Shown here: one piece after another, positions 1 through 14,100 of the stretch | How the letters are laid out: every line of letters begins with the position of its first letter | How positions within the stretch are numbered: the first letter of the stretch is position 1 | Assembly (NCBI GenBank): GCA_051294375.1 | Contig: CM119270.1 | Span: 2,356,388-2,420,387 of the forward strand | Direction: 5' to 3' | Length of the DNA: 64,000 bases | Source of the DNA: Paraspadella gotoi | Lineage: Eukaryota; Animalia; Chaetognatha | Program-made: the position numbers and the translations under genes | The notes under the pieces: model-generated | Told to the model about the DNA's origin: nothing | The model's input: the letters and a program-made list of their open reading frames with translations, nothing else | The model's database searches: none

Positions 1-980
1 TCTCATTTCTTCCTTGTTCTTTTTTTTTTTTCTTAATCATTCTCGTTTTTCCTCTTCTTCTCATATAATTTTTTTTTCCACTTGTTCTCCCTCTCCCTGC
101 CCCTTTTTTTACCCATACTCTGGGCTTCTTCTTATCTTTTTCTCCTCTCAATAATTTTCAAATCTTTCGAAATAGTATTGTAAGAAAAAAAATTAGCGGT
201 AGTGCAGATTTAACAGAAGATGGTTGCCTAGCAGAATTTAAAAAATTGACCAGATTTTTTGTTGGAAATTTTTTCCGCAAAAAATTAAGCTTCCCTTACA
301 TTAAAACTTGAACATCTAGTGTGTTTTCATCTGATGAACTATAAAAATTAGTTAAAAAACGAGTTTTAGTTTTAAAAAAATGCACCTCAACAAAATTAAG
401 AGTCGGCTTAAAATTTTTTTTACAGCCAAAGTATTGAATTATTTTGCCAATAATTTTTAGGGGTTGGAAGCCTCAGTTAATAGAATATTTTGCTTAGAAT
501 GTAAGTAAATCAAACTATTTTTGTTTAAACAAATTGGTAATTAAAACTAAAAACTGAGTTTTGACTAGTCAATTTTAAAATTAATTCAAGGCAAAACAAT
601 AGATTTTCAATTGGAATATGAACTGACTCAGAGGTAGGGAGATAAAAAGGACCCAAAACCGAAATAAAAAATTTTTTCTTAAACCATCTTGTCATGCAAA
701 TCTCAAGACAAAAGTCAAAATGGACAAAAATGGACATATAATTTTTTATTAAAGTAGAAAAAATGATATTGATTCTTGATTAGAAAATGCTGCAGATGAT
801 TTCAATTAATCCTTAGTCTAGCCCACTTTGTCTTCGGGTTCTAATTTAATTAATTTTTTAGGAAATATTCTAGCAAAATATTGCAAAAAGTGTTTTTTTT
901 TACTGAATTCCTCGATAGAAATCACTGCCTCTTCTTCTCTCTCCAAAGTCAATGTAAGAAATAAAGTTGTGATTAATTTA

Positions 981-1025
981 ATTGCTGATGAAGACTCATA
1001 ATCATAGAGTTCGAAACTTGTCAAT
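981..1025 (+). ncRNA. Minimal type I hammerhead ribozyme (Penelope-like repeat)
   Basis: CTGATGA-AGACTC..GAGTTC-GAAAC-TT-GTC with short stem I ATT/AAT. Confidence 0.6.
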
Positions 1026-1895
1026 CTCACGAATTAAAAAAAAACTATGTTAACTAGGGATAAGCATCGTTCTAAACTATGGAGTATTTTTAAAATAAAT
1101 TTAGGTATTTGGTACCGATCGATAGGAAATTTAAAATACTATATGCGCTTCAAACCGATCAACTTTCGCTTAAAATCAAACTCGTTTTGATCCAATAAGG
1201 ATTTGAACTATGCGTAGTATTAAGCTTTAAACCGATAAAAGCGATTATGCGCGAACCGGGCCTCATAAAAGAAAATTGAATAAGCAAAGCCCGGAAAAAA
1301 AGGAATTTTTACAAAATTAATCACAAAAATAACATTATTATAACAGAATATGATAGCAATAAAACTATAATTAAAAGATAATGATTGATTATGATAAATT
1401 GATGCAATGAGTAAAATTAATTAAACTAATGACGATGACGATGGTTTAATAATATCCCAAATTTATCATATCTGAATCTTGCTTATTTTATTATAAACAA
1501 GTTTGTTATATCTGCCTACGATAATTTAGCAGTAATCAGCTAAAAAGTATGCTAGTTAGAAAAAAGTATGCAAGTTGGTAAAAAGTATGCAAGTTGGAAA
1601 AAAATATGCATACTTTGAAAAGAGGGTGCATACTTTAAAAAAGTATGCATACTTTAAAAATGTATGCATACTTGAAAAAAGGATGCATAGTTAGAAAAAA
1701 TAGTATGAAAGTTGCAAAAAAGTATGCAAGTTGGAAAAAAGTATGCATACTTGAAAAAGTATGCATACTTGAAACAAGTATACATACTTTGAAAAAATAG
1801 TATGCAAGTTGGAAAAAAAGTATGCATACTTTGAAAAAAGTATGCATACTTTAAAAAAAGTATATATACTTTTTTTAAACTTGCANNNNNNNNNN

Positions 1896-3480
1896 AATTC
1901 TTTTTTTCGATCGAAGTCCTCATTAGATAACCTCTATAATCAGTTTTAAATACGGCCCGGATTGCGCTTAAAAACGGCTTTACCGTGCGATAAACGGACT
2001 TCATTCGAATTTGCATGAAATTTTATATAAATAGATAATTTAAATACCATTTTTGGGCATGATAAAATGCGAATTTAGATCGCGCTCTACCTCCGTTGGC
2101 TTCCCAAGACGCCACACTTTCAAAATCTGCCCATATTGATATAATTTGTTGGGGCCTTGACTATGCAGTTTTAAATAGAAATGAAATATAAAGGAATCTT
2201 AATCGGAGCTTCAATTCGAACGATGCGCATCTCTATGTTAACTTATCAAAAAATTTTGTTTCTGCTTCTCTAATCTCAAACAAAAACCAACAAACGAAAG
2301 GATTTACATGTCTAAAAAAAATTATTAGATAGTAAGTTGATTGATGTAATAGTAATTGATTGATGCAATAGTAATTGATTGATTATTGATGTAATAGTAA
2401 TTGATTATTGATGCAATAGTAATTGATTATTGAACTTGAAACAAGTATACATACTTTTGAAAAAATAGTATGCAAGTTGGAAAAAAGTATGCATACTTTG
2501 AAAAAAGTATGCATACTTTAAAAAAAGTATATATACTTTTTTTAAACTTGCATACTATTTTTTCAACTTGTATACTACTTTTTTCAACTTGCATATTACT
2601 TTTTTTCAACTTGCATACTATTTTTTCCACTTGCTCTTCCTTGTCCAATAAGCCCTGGAAAGCTTAATATTATTAAAATTTAACTATAAATCCAACAAAA
2701 ACAGACCGCATACTGTTTCATTTTCCCATAGACCTCTAGAACATATTACTCTCCAAAATGCCATGTATATTTATTTGTAACTATGATAACTATAATTAAT
2801 GATAATGATTGTATGATTATGAAAAATTTAACCCTGGTTCAAGGAATATCCACTAAAAACAGTTCGCCAACCGTTGGGAACCGTTGCAAAATGTGAAAAT
2901 ACGGTAAGCCAAGTTTAAATTTCGTTTTTATCTGGCCCGGATCGCGCAGATCAATTCTTTTTTTCGATCGAAGTCCTCATTAGATAACCTCTATAATCAG
3001 TTTTAAATACGGCCCGGATTGCGCTTAAAAACGGCTTTACCGTCGCATAAACGGACTTCATTCGAATTTTCATGAAATTTTATATAAATAGATAATTTAA
3101 ATACCATTTTTGGGCATGATAAATGCGAATTTAATCGCGCTCTACCTCCGTTGGCTTCCCAAGACGCCACACTTTCAAAATCTGCCCATATTGATATAAT
3201 TTGTTGGGGCCTTGACTATGCAGTTTAAATAGAAATGAAATATAAAGGAATCTTAATCGGAGCTTCAATTCGAACGATGCGCATCTCTATGTTAACTTAT
3301 CAAAAAATTTTTGTTCTGCTTCTCTAATCTCAAACAAAACAACAAACGAAAGGATTTACAATGTCTAAAAAAATTATTAGATAGTAATTGATTGATGTAA
3401 TAGTAATTGATTGATGCAATAGTAATTGATTGATTATTGATGTAATAGTAATGATATTATGCAATAGTAATTGATTATTG
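1896..3480 (+). repeat. ~530-bp near-identical direct repeat (1896-2430 / 2953-3480) beside N gaps
   Basis: Copies differ mainly by single-base indels; each adjoins a gap. Confidence 0.8.
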
Positions 3481-3962
3481 ATGCCATGATAACCAATTAT
3501 TGATGCGAGTNNNNNNNNNNNNNNNNNNNNNNNNNGATAGTCATTCACTGATGCGATGATAGTCATTCATTGACGAGATGATAGTCATTCATCATAAATA
3601 AAACCAAAAAATGCGTGTATGAGAGAGAGAGAGAGAGAGAGACTGATAGTGTACAAACACTTGCGGGTTCGTGCGACCTCGAAATCACGATATTTCAAAA
3701 GTAAAGCTTGTCTAAAGTCAAGGAAGAGATACCATAGCGGGTTTATGATAGAACCATTTTTCAATTTGTCTTACTTGATTGAAGGTTCTAACTTGATTGG
3801 AGATTCTAACGTGTAACTTCATCCATTTGTCCGAAATAAAAAAAAAATTTAAAAAAAATTTAAAAAAAAAAAGGGAAAAAAATTGAGGTACAGAGAACCG
3901 AGACTGTAAGCAACTTTTCTATCTAAGTTTGTTGTCGGATCTGCTTATCAGCAGATCCCGAC

Positions 3963-5117
3963 TAGAGTTCTGATAACCGTTAATTTTTTAGGAAATTCGC
4001 TTAACCGTTAAAACTAACATTTTTAACGGTTAACCGTTAAGATCGGTTAATTTTATAATTTAACTTTAAATTTAAAATATTAAGATTTAAAACAAACTAA
4101 AGTATTTAATGGTATTTTCGCTTTAACTCTGGCTCCTGAATGTGCTGAAGAAGACTCGAAACAGAGTCGAAACATGTCTGTTTTTTATGTCAAATAAAAT
4201 TATGTTGTAACAAAACAAATATTTTTGCTAATCTCATAATAATACCATCGAATACTAATTCTAGTATATTTTGTTTTCTCTTCTTCCTTTTGCTTTCTAT
4301 TTTTCTTTCACTACTTCTCTTCCTCATTTTTGTAGTTGTTAGTTTCTTGAACGCTTGTTTTCTGTTGTTAGTCTTTCATAAACCATGACCAATGGTCATT
4401 GACCATTAATATAAATATGAATTTTAATTTATTGATAGACTGGTTGATTTATCGATTGATCAAAATATTTATTGATTAATAAATATATTTTTCAGTTAAT
4501 TAAAAAGTAGTTTTAGTTTTTAGTTAGCCTTAATGTCTTTTTTAAGATTCGTTCCTTCTATTATCAATTTTTAAATTTTTTATAATAATTTTTTTTTGGT
4601 TTTTTATTAATATTTTTCATTCATTCGGTTTTATTTCATTTGCTTCTTTGTTCATTTTAAAGAGGGGAAAAAAGTAAAATAAGAAGGATTATTTATTTTT
4701 AACTAAATTGAATATATATTATTGCATGGAAGGGAGAAAAAGAGAGAAAAAAGGAGAGAAAAAAAAGGGGGGAAGAAAAAGGGGAAAGTGAGAAAGAAAA
4801 AGAAAGAAACAGGAGGAGATAAATAAAGGGGAAGAAAGAATAAGAGGGATATTAGGATAGAAAAAAAACAAGAAAATAACAAAGGAAAAAAGCAGGGAAA
4901 AAGTGGAGAAGAGAGAGAGGGATAAAAATATGGTGAGAAGGGGAGAGGAGAATAAGAGAGAACAGGAAAAAAATATATTTTTTTTAATTTAAAGATTTCA
5001 TACCAAAAAATGGAAAAAATCACATTTGAAAATTAACCGAATTAAAATAAATATATTAACGGTTAAGTTAAAATTATTTTTAACCGTTAATAACCGTTAA
5101 CGGTTATCGGAACACTA
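3963..5117. mobile_element. hAT-type MITE
   Basis: TIR TAGAGTTCTGATAACCG / CGGTTATCGGAACACTA, 8-bp TSD ATCCCGAC, subterminal AACCGTTAA repeats. Confidence 0.82.
4145..4178 (+). ncRNA. Minimal hammerhead
   Basis: CTGAAGA-AGACTC-GAAACA-GAGTC-GAAACATGTC; palindromic stem III ACATGT; followed by AATAAAATTATGTTGT. Confidence 0.65.
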
Positions 5118-5772
5118 ATCCCGACTATATAATTCACTTTGTCGGTCCGTCGGTCCGCCCCCTCAATATTGTTGGGCACACACTTATATCATGTCAGAAC
5201 ATCAAATTATCTGTCTGTCCCTCCGTCCCCCATAGCAAAAAACTCCAATTACTAGTGATTGGATGGATGGATTGGAATGAGATTTTGTGTGTGGTTAGGA
5301 AAGTGTTTGATTGAGCTTGATATAAAGTTTCGATGGAATCGTACGAGTGAAAATGAGTTTAAATGTAAAAAACATAAGTTTTATTTACTTAAATTTTTTA
5401 AATAATTTTAACCTATAATTAATCATAATTGGATGGATAAATTGATATGAAATTTTGTGTGGTTAGGAAAGTGTATGATGAAGCTGAATATCAAGTTTCG
5501 AAGGAATCATGCAAGTGGAAATGAGTTTCAATGGAAAAAACATGTGTCACATTTACTTGAATCTTTTTACTAATTTTAACCCATAATTACTCGAAATAAT
5601 AATAATTGGATGGATAGATTGAGATAAAAATATGTGTGTGGCTAGGAAAGTGTGATACTGTGATTGAGCAGGATATAAAATGTCGATGGAATTTGGGAGT
5701 GGAAATGAGTTTGCTTGGCAAAAACCAGTCAAGTTTACTTGAATTTTTATTTTTTATGCTTACTCACGAATA

Positions 5773-6367
5773 TGTAGATATGGCGAAAAGTAATGCACTT
5801 TGACGCCAGATCCTAAGGACGCGTTTCGACGAGCAACTGGAGGTGTTAGAGGCGCTGCCGAAGGTCGCAGTGAAGCGGGAGACTCTGGGGGACGTTGACC
5901 GGAAGTTACGCCAAATTTGGCGCGTGTGGCGTAAAGGAATCGGGAGGCGAAGCTTCGACCGAGTTTAAAAAGGGAGTAGTCTCCAGAGTTGATTATAAAA
6001 GTTTCAGTAACCAACTTATTTGGTTATTAGCATAAAAGAAAGAACCTTAATAAAATAATCAAAGCATAAAGATATTCCATCTGCTTTTGCCATCAAGCAA
6101 TTAGAATATCTATATGAAATAATAATAATGCAATTAATTATTCGATTAATCATAACAATCAATAATAATGAAAATAGTGAAACAATTGTTGAGACTACTC
6201 ATAGGTAAAACATTGCTGAGTAGTTCTGGCAAGTTCTTTAGTTTGTAAATAAGATTTAGAGGCTAGATGGAATGGATATCAACTAGAAGAATCAGCTGAT
6301 AAATCGAATTGAATCGGGTTGCTCATTTGTTTATGAAAACAAAAGATAAAAGAATTCAAATCCCACA
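5773..6367. mobile_element. Solo LTR (Ty3/gypsy-like)
   Basis: TGT...ACA ends, 4-bp TSD AATA, absent from the duplicate segment (~16277); contains TATAAAA and AATAAA on the + strand. Confidence 0.75.
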
Positions 6368-9300
6368 AATATTTTAATTAATTAGTTAATTAATAAATTA
6401 ATTAAAGTGAAAAATGATGTAATTTGAAAAAATGATGCAAGTTAAAAAAATGATGCAAGTTAAAAAATTAATTATTAACCTATATATTTCGTCAAAACAC
6501 AAATTCTCAACTTTTCCCCAAGGCTCTTTTGTTCTTTTTTGCGGACACAGAAAAGGCCTCTGTTCTAGCGATCACAGCGACATATTTAGTTGTAGAAAAT
6601 GTTTATCATTTTCTATGCCTCGAGGGTCGCGCGTTTTATTCATCGGCCATAGGTTGAACTGGCTTTATCATGGAGCAAGGTTTTCTAAATCTTGAATGTC
6701 GTAAATGTCGAATAAATGACGAATAAATCTCGAATAAATTGTGCATAAGTTTATTTGTTGTAGAAGTAAATAAATAGCGAAATTAATGTCGTACAATAAA
6801 TTGGTGTAGAAAATCCTTAGATTCCGTAAAAACTATGGTTCCATACAGCCGATCTTTTCCAGAGAAACGATTTTGATTGAATGACAAGTGACGATGTTTT
6901 CGGCCGAAAGAAAGCCACAAGAAAGCGACAAGAAAGCAACAAGAACGGTGAAAAGACTGGTCTGAAAAGGTCAACTTAATGACCAGGGAAAAATGACCGG
7001 ACGCGAGGTCACAAAATCTTTCATTAGTTACTATTACGTACTAAGGACCTTAGTAAGGTTTATACCAAGGTTCAGTATTTCGAGGCTGATTCTGATTGGT
7101 TCCCATGATTTCGATGGATTCTAATCGAATTCTGTCCACGTGGAATCTTCAAGTCTTTTAGCTTTTAACTGCGTTTTTTATTGCTTTCTCTAGCAATTAA
7201 AACCTTGAGATATCTCGGACTTCACTTATTTTTAGTAAGATTTGTGATCGCTGGATTGGTGGACTTATCTGAGAGAAGCAACTCTTTATTTGCATTACAT
7301 TGACTTCAGAAACAAGTAAGAAAATACACTTTAAACTTATATATATATTTGCTGAGTTTTGTATTAAATATTTTCTTCCTTTGACCCAGGGCTTCTAACA
7401 CAACAACATTCAAGCACTTGCTTTCGTCAAGCCCTGGGCTTCGCAGATCGTGGTTCCTCGGCCTTAGCCGACGTCATTTTGCCGAGACTTTGACGTCATC
7501 ATCTCTAGGGCGTTTTCAGCGGCGCCATCGTCTCTTCTGCGCCATTTATTGTCGAATTCCTTTTGTCTTGAATGCGTAGAATAAGCTCAGACTGTTAGAA
7601 CTCTAGGACAGCCACTTCTCAGAACTAAGTTCGAAACAATGCGAGTTAAAACAAGTTTGAGCAAACAATATCGGATCTGCCTACGATAAATAAGCGGTAA
7701 TCAGATAATCAGATGATAAATCACGATAATTCTTTCAATTTGTGATCCTAACTGATCATAACATACCAAACCAACTTGCATAATTTTTTAACTCGCATCA
7801 TCTTTTCAATTTGTATCCTTTTTTCAACTTCCATCATTTTTTTCAAATTGCATCATTTTTAATTTAATTAATTAATTAATTAATGTTTTAATTAATGTTT
7901 TAATTAATTAAATAATTAAAACATTAATTAAAACCCTTTTATAAAATTTTTTGATGAAAATACAAAACATTGATTTTTAAAAATCACCATTTAATAGAAA
8001 ATGCACTTATTCATCAAGTAAGGTGTCCAACATGTACAGTTTTTTTCGCTTTAATGATTAAAACTGGTTTAGTTTAAGTATACTTAATGCCCTTTGAGAT
8101 ATTGAAGAAATGCCATAATTTTTCAGTTTTTAAGCATTTTTTGAAAAGTTGGCAGCATTTCCCATAATTTAAAAAAAAAAAGAAATATTGTAAAACATCC
8201 GCGCATGTATGAAGCTCGTTTTGAGCCCTACTACTAAGCTGGATCACAAACTTCCAATTTTCTGGCAAGGTCTATTGTCCATGTGGTAGCGTAAAGACAA
8301 TACTTCGCGAAAATATTGAGAAAAGTCGACGCAATCATAAAAAGAAGCGAAAGAAAAAGAAGAAACAATTGGCATATTTGACATAATGCAAATTCTGTCT
8401 TCATCATTCAAATCGAAGCGAGCTGAATATTTTGTTCTTGAAATCAATGAAGGAGCGACTCTTCTCTTTGACTACGTAGTGTCACCTCGTATCTTATTTT
8501 CCATCAATTTGCCGGAGGAGATTAGGACATTGAGGTCTTTACCAGATCATATTTATGACAGCCAAAGAAACACACTTATCATTTTTTTTTGTGGAATTAG
8601 AAACAATAGAAAATGGGGAAATAAAATGAACTTTTTCGAGGTCGCCCCATTTCGGTTGCTTTATTTATTATAACGCAATCCCTAATTTTTAACCCTAACT
8701 CCTGACCCTTAACTAATCCTTAACCTACAAAAATCAGAAAATTTTTGGTTTTAGCTGACTGCATATGTATGCACATTAACAGTCTTACTAACTACCTAAC
8801 TACCAGATATGAACGCAATATTACCCGACATATGAGCATTTAAAACTTACGTCGGATAGACCATCCAACTAACCAACCAACCGAATGACCAAAAAGTGAC
8901 TTATAGGGTTTTACCGCAAATATTTGCGGCGCAACTAAAAACTTAATCCCTAATTTAATCCTTAATTCTTACATCTACCCTAATATTTTAACCTAAAAAT
9001 TAATTCAATTATAAATTTGAGGGGAAATGGGGTGTTCTGGGAAAATAAGGTCGATCTTGAATTAACATTTTATTTCAAGAATAATATTACTCATAATATT
9101 ACTCATCATGACTTATCATCTGGTTACCTGCTTACTGCTAAATTATCATAGGCAGATCCGACATTGTTTGTTCAAACTTGTTTTATGATTACACAATTGA
9201 AGCATGAATTGCAAGATTAAAAAGCCAAAAATACCTATAGAGAAGGGCAGTTATGATAGATCATAAGAGCCCTTCTCAATTGTCTGTCCCGATTCTTGAA

Positions 9301-9368
9301 CCCGTTTGATATTTCTGGTTTAAGCCCTCATCACTGTCGGTGTTGATAGCACCGCAAAAGTGGGACTG

Positions 9369-9400
<32 letters not shown>

Positions 9401-10332
9401 CTGCTTCGGATGCGCTGGGTGATGAGAATAAGTGAAAAGAATCCCCTAAGGACCCATGAAGCAGCAAACAAGACAAAGCGAGGAAAGAAAAGGGCAAAGA
9501 AGAGAGAATGGAGGAAAGGATGAAAGGAAAAAGGAAAAGAGCAAAAAAAAGAAAGAAAAAAGAAAAAAAATTAAGAAAAAAAGAAAAAGTAAGAAAATTG
9601 AGATTAAGGAGGAGAGAGAGAGAGAGAGAGAGATTCTTGAAAAAAATAAAACAACGTAAGAAAAATTTGCAATAGATGTGTTTGCAACAAGAGATGTTTT
9701 AGAAACAAATTAGATGAATTGGAGAATAAGGCGTATTGGAATTTACATACGAAAATTCTTAAAGTCAATTATGAACAACATACCATCAGTGAATATTAAT
9801 TTGTAAAAAAACTTAATTTATGTTTTTTTAATTTTCGCAGTAGGCTATATTTATATATAGTACTATCCTTATAAAATCGAAAAATTTAAAAATAAGCTTT
9901 TCTTGATTTTAATTGCAGATTTGAATTCCTCGTCAAAAGTTGATAAAAGAAAATATTAATCATTTTTAAAAATTCTTTCATTAAGTGGGTTAAAAATTAA
10001 AAAAACTATATTTAATATATAAAAAGTTAATTTTCAGATTAAAATACAGCTTTTACTAATTTTTGACCCACTTAATGAAGGAATTTTTCAAAAAGAGTTA
10101 TATTTCTTTTTATCAACTTTTTATGACGAATCCAAATCTGCAAAAAAATCTTAGAAAAAACTGTTTTGAAATTTTAACATTTATTGGTTTAGTACTAGTA
10201 TAAATATGGCCTACTGCATAAATTGTAAAATTTATTATAAATTGTTTTATTACATAAATGTTCATTAGTAAAATATTGTTCGTTCCTGACTTTTAGAATT
10301 TTAATTAAAGTTAAATTTAGAAATTTGACTAC

Positions 10333-10589
10333 TGTGGCAGCAAGACTTAAAGCTGCCTCACTGCTGTCCGTCCGCAGCCTCGTCTCAATGGCTGAGCAGG
10401 CTAAATCATCTCATTTCATCCGTGCGTCCCGGGTTCAATCCCTGGGTATCCCGGTTCTGGCCTAAATGTGACGGTGACGGTATAAACATGCCAGTGACAG
10501 GAGGCGGTCACTGAGGGTCCGCAGCCCCTACGCCAGTTGGTGAGATACCCCGCGCCCCGGGTATCACAGGCTATCCTCCCGTTGCCATA
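10333..10589 (+). mobile_element. Family B LTR-like element (tRNA-like + twister), nested in a hAT MITE
   Basis: TGTGGCA...TGCCATA termini, TSD CTAC; near-identical copy at 59582-59829. Confidence 0.88.
10457..10536 (+). ncRNA. Twister ribozyme (family B)
   Basis: Same elements as 59697-59776; P1 is TGACGGTA (one mismatch). Confidence 0.82.
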
Positions 10590-11322
10590 CTACGCCCTTT
10601 TGGAGAATTCATATTTAAAACTCGGCTGTTATTTCGGTTTTAACCACATTATTTTCGTTGTCAATGTCACCATTTTCCAATGTGTTCTTATTGTGATAAT
10701 TTTTATCGTTTTTTCGTCATAGAATTTTCGTCAAAGACGTCGCCAACGACATCGACCACGTCGTCGTTATCGTCGACATCATCATTGACGTCATCGTCGT
10801 CCTCTTCATCATCATCGTCGTCGTCGTCAACGTCGTCCTTGTCATCGTCGTCGAAGTCGTCGTCAACGTCGTCCTTGTCATCGTCGTCGAAGTCGTCGTC
10901 GTCGTCATCGTCGTCCCCAACTTCGGACATAATCGAATTCTCGAAGTTCTCGAAGTTCAAAGGCTTTTCCTCCACGGGGCATCGGGGAATGGGGGGGGCG
11001 GAGGGGGGCAGAGATGAAGAGGGTTGAGAGAGAAGTTTGGAGGAGGGTAAGGATTGATGATGACGATGATGACGATGATGACAACGATGATGATGATAGA
11101 ATCAGTGTTAAAGGAGGGAATGAGGCGTTGCTATGGTGATTTCTGTTGTGAATTAGATGGAATCGAGATTATTTTTTTTAAATCGAGTGGGAGTGGAACG
11201 TCATCTCTCTTTCTCTTTCTCTTTCTCTCTCTCTCTCTCTTTCTCTCTCTCTCACTCTCTTTTTCTCTCTTTCGCTTTACTCAGAATATCCAACCCTTAT
11301 TACCTCCTTCTCTCCAAAAATA

Positions 11323-13403
11323 CAGTATCGGTTTTGAAGAACCTGGAAAAGTCAGGGAGGCTGTAACTTTTTTGTAATATGCTGGAAATCAGCTGAAAAT
11401 CGAATACGGGTTAGACCTGAGGGAGGTTTATTCCCCATAAGAGTTTGAGCCACTTTAAAAAAAAATAGTGAATGGGCATTTTTTGGGACAAAAAATTAAT
11501 TTGCATACTGTAAAAAAAGTATGGTAGTAAATACTCTAATATTATGGTGATATAACCGGAGGGGTTGCCTAAACCAGTGGTAAAACAAAATGCTCAAATA
11601 CAGCTTTGTTAAAACTCATTTGCATACAGTAGCAATATATTTTTTTTATAATATTTGTATTTTCAGTCTTATGATAATTTAAAAAAAATTTATTTCAAAT
11701 AATAGCTAACTGATACACACAATAACATACAATGAATAAAATAGAATATTTTGTTATTCTTTAATCCAAAATTAATTTTCAACAAAATATCAAAATATGC
11801 ATTTTTTTTAACAATGTTTTTTTAAAAATAGTAATTATGCCAACCAACTGTCCTGGTGCACTGATTACAAATATATAAATTTTTTTTTAAATACGACTAC
11901 TATATTATGAAATATAACCCTTCAAAACCTTAAAAAATACAGAAAAACACCCTTAATTCAAACTTTAATAAAAACCGTTCCAATGATATTACATCTCTCA
12001 TACTTTAATACATATCAAGGAGAACCATCAGGTTTATTGTGTGAAAGTTATAGATAATTTTCGATAAGGAATGACTGCACAGGAAGGCGAAAAATAGATG
12101 GATGAAATATATTAGCTTGTAATTGAATAATGTACTCTTGCTTAATAAGGCGGAACAAAGTAAAATTTTTATTTTTTAAGAACGATTCAGATAGCCCATA
12201 AAAAGTTTCTACACAAAGTATAATGCGTTTTTCAATATTTTGATGATAAGTGGGTCAAATAACGAAAAAACTCTTTAAAATCATCATCATAATCGTCGTA
12301 CCATAATTTTTATAGTTTTTGTTAAATTAAGCAATAAAACAATAAAATTTAAAAATCTTGTAGTAATATTTTTTATTCATTTTTCAATCTCTACCCGAAT
12401 TCGCTTTTAAAAATTCTGATTTTGAAAAAAAAAATTTCATGATTTCTAGTAATACGATAAACTTTAAATGCTTCTATATTATTTACTATATATAAAATTT
12501 TAATTTTTTTTTTCAATTTGTCATCCCACAGGGATGCTCTAACGTTATTTATATTACAGAACTTTTAGTTTTTACTTTGTTCCGCCTTATTAAGCAAGAG
12601 TATATTATTCAATTACAAGCTGATATAGTTCATCCATCTATTTTTTGCCTTCCTGTGCAGTCATTCCTTATCGAAGTTATATATAACTTTCACACACATA
12701 AACCTGATGGTTCTCCTTGATATGTATTAAAGTATTGAGATGTAATATCATTGGAACGGTTTTTATTAAAGTTTGAATTAAGGGAGTTTTTCTGTATTTT
12801 TTAAGGTTTTGAAGGGTTATATTTCATAATATAGTAGTCGTATTTAAAAAAAAAATTATATATTTGTAATCAGTGCACCAAGGACAGTTGGTTGGCATAA
12901 TTATTGTTTTTAAAAAAAACATTTGTTCAAAAAAATGCATATTTTGATATTTTGTTGAAAATTAATTTTGGATTAAAGATAACAAATATTCTATTTATCA
13001 TTGTATGTTATTGGTGTATCAGTTAGCTATTATTTGAAATAATTTTTTTTTAAATTATCATAAGACTGAAAATACAATATTATAAAAAAATATATTGCTA
13101 CTGTATGCAAATGAGTTTTAACAAAGCTGTATTTGATCATTTTGTTTCACTGGTTTAGGCAACCCCTCCCGGTTATATCACCATAATATAAGAGTATTTA
13201 CTACCATATTTTTTTACAGTATGCAAATTAATTTTTTGTCCCAAAAAATGCCCATTCACTATTTTTTTTAAAGTGGCTCAAACTCTTATGGGGAATAAAC
13301 CACCCTCAGGTCTAACCCGTATTCGATTTTCAGCTGATTTCCAGCATTTACAAAAAAGTTACAGCCTCCCTGGACTTTTCCAGGTTCTTCAAAACCGATA
13401 CTG
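11323..13403. mobile_element. Long-TIR (foldback) non-autonomous Tc1/mariner-type element
   Basis: ~840-bp inverted arms (11323-~12165 and ~12571-13403) starting CAGTATCGGTTTTGAAG; TA TSD; empty site AAAAA-TA-CATCAG at ~20101. Confidence 0.9.
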
Positions 13404-13917
13404 TACATCAGATCCGCAGCAGTGAAGCAGCGATGCAAGTAAGGAAAATCCGCTGCTGACTTTCGACTTCACCATCTGACGATACTCTCAACGATTATGC
13501 TTCAACTGACGGCACTGAAAAAATTATGGCGCCTCCGGTTGATGGCACTGCAAACGGATTATGCTTTAAACTGACGGCACTGCAAACAGTGCCTCTAAAT
13601 CATGGCACTGCAGACTTTCCAAACTCATTTTTTTAGTCGGATCTGCTTATCAGCAGATCCCGACNNNNNNNNNNNNNNNNNNNNNNNNNNNNNNNNNNNN
13701 NNNNNNNNNNNNNNNNNNNNNNNNNNNNNNNNNNNNNNNNNNNNNNNNNNNNNNNNNNNNNNNNACAACAAACGGATCAAGTGCACTGGTAAAATTTACG
13801 CGTGCTTTCGATCAGGTCCGATCGCAAAAATATTTAAGCGTTTGTAATTGTTATTATCGTCGCTCGTAATTATCAAATGATAATAAACTTTACTTATGCC
13901 AAAAAGTGCCCCTTTAA

Positions 13918-14100
13918 ACTGACATAATTTGATCAATTAAGATAATTTGGTCAACCGGCATAATTTGATCAACTGGCATAATTTTATCAAACTGGCCTAA
14001 TTTGGTCAACTGGCATAAATTTGGTCAACAGGCATAATTTGGTCAACTTGCAGACTTGATCAACTTGCATAATTTTGTCATTTTGCATAAATTTGGTTAA
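13918..14100. repeat. ~19-20-bp minisatellite GGCATAATTTGGTCAACT
   Basis: About 9 degenerate tandem units. Confidence 0.8.

Larger units (their letters stand above)
9727..10599. mobile_element. hAT-type MITE, copy 1 (hosts the family B insertion)
   Basis: TAAGGCGTA...TACGCCCTT, 8-bp TSD TTGGAGAA; inverted homologue at 17472-18083. Confidence 0.82.

Noticed and set aside
331-366. CTGATGA-ACTA..TAGT hammerhead-like motif
   Set aside because: Lacks the GAAA core and a stem III/cleavage triplet.
1896-3480. Direct repeat as an LTR pair
   Set aside because: No TG..CA ends, PBS or TSD; abuts gaps, probably a contig overlap artefact.
7380-8560. Coding exons in the duplicated segment (ORFs 8074-8673)
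   Set aside because: Stops in the minus-strand frames examined, no recognisable domain, and interrupted in the second copy; cannot support a CDS.
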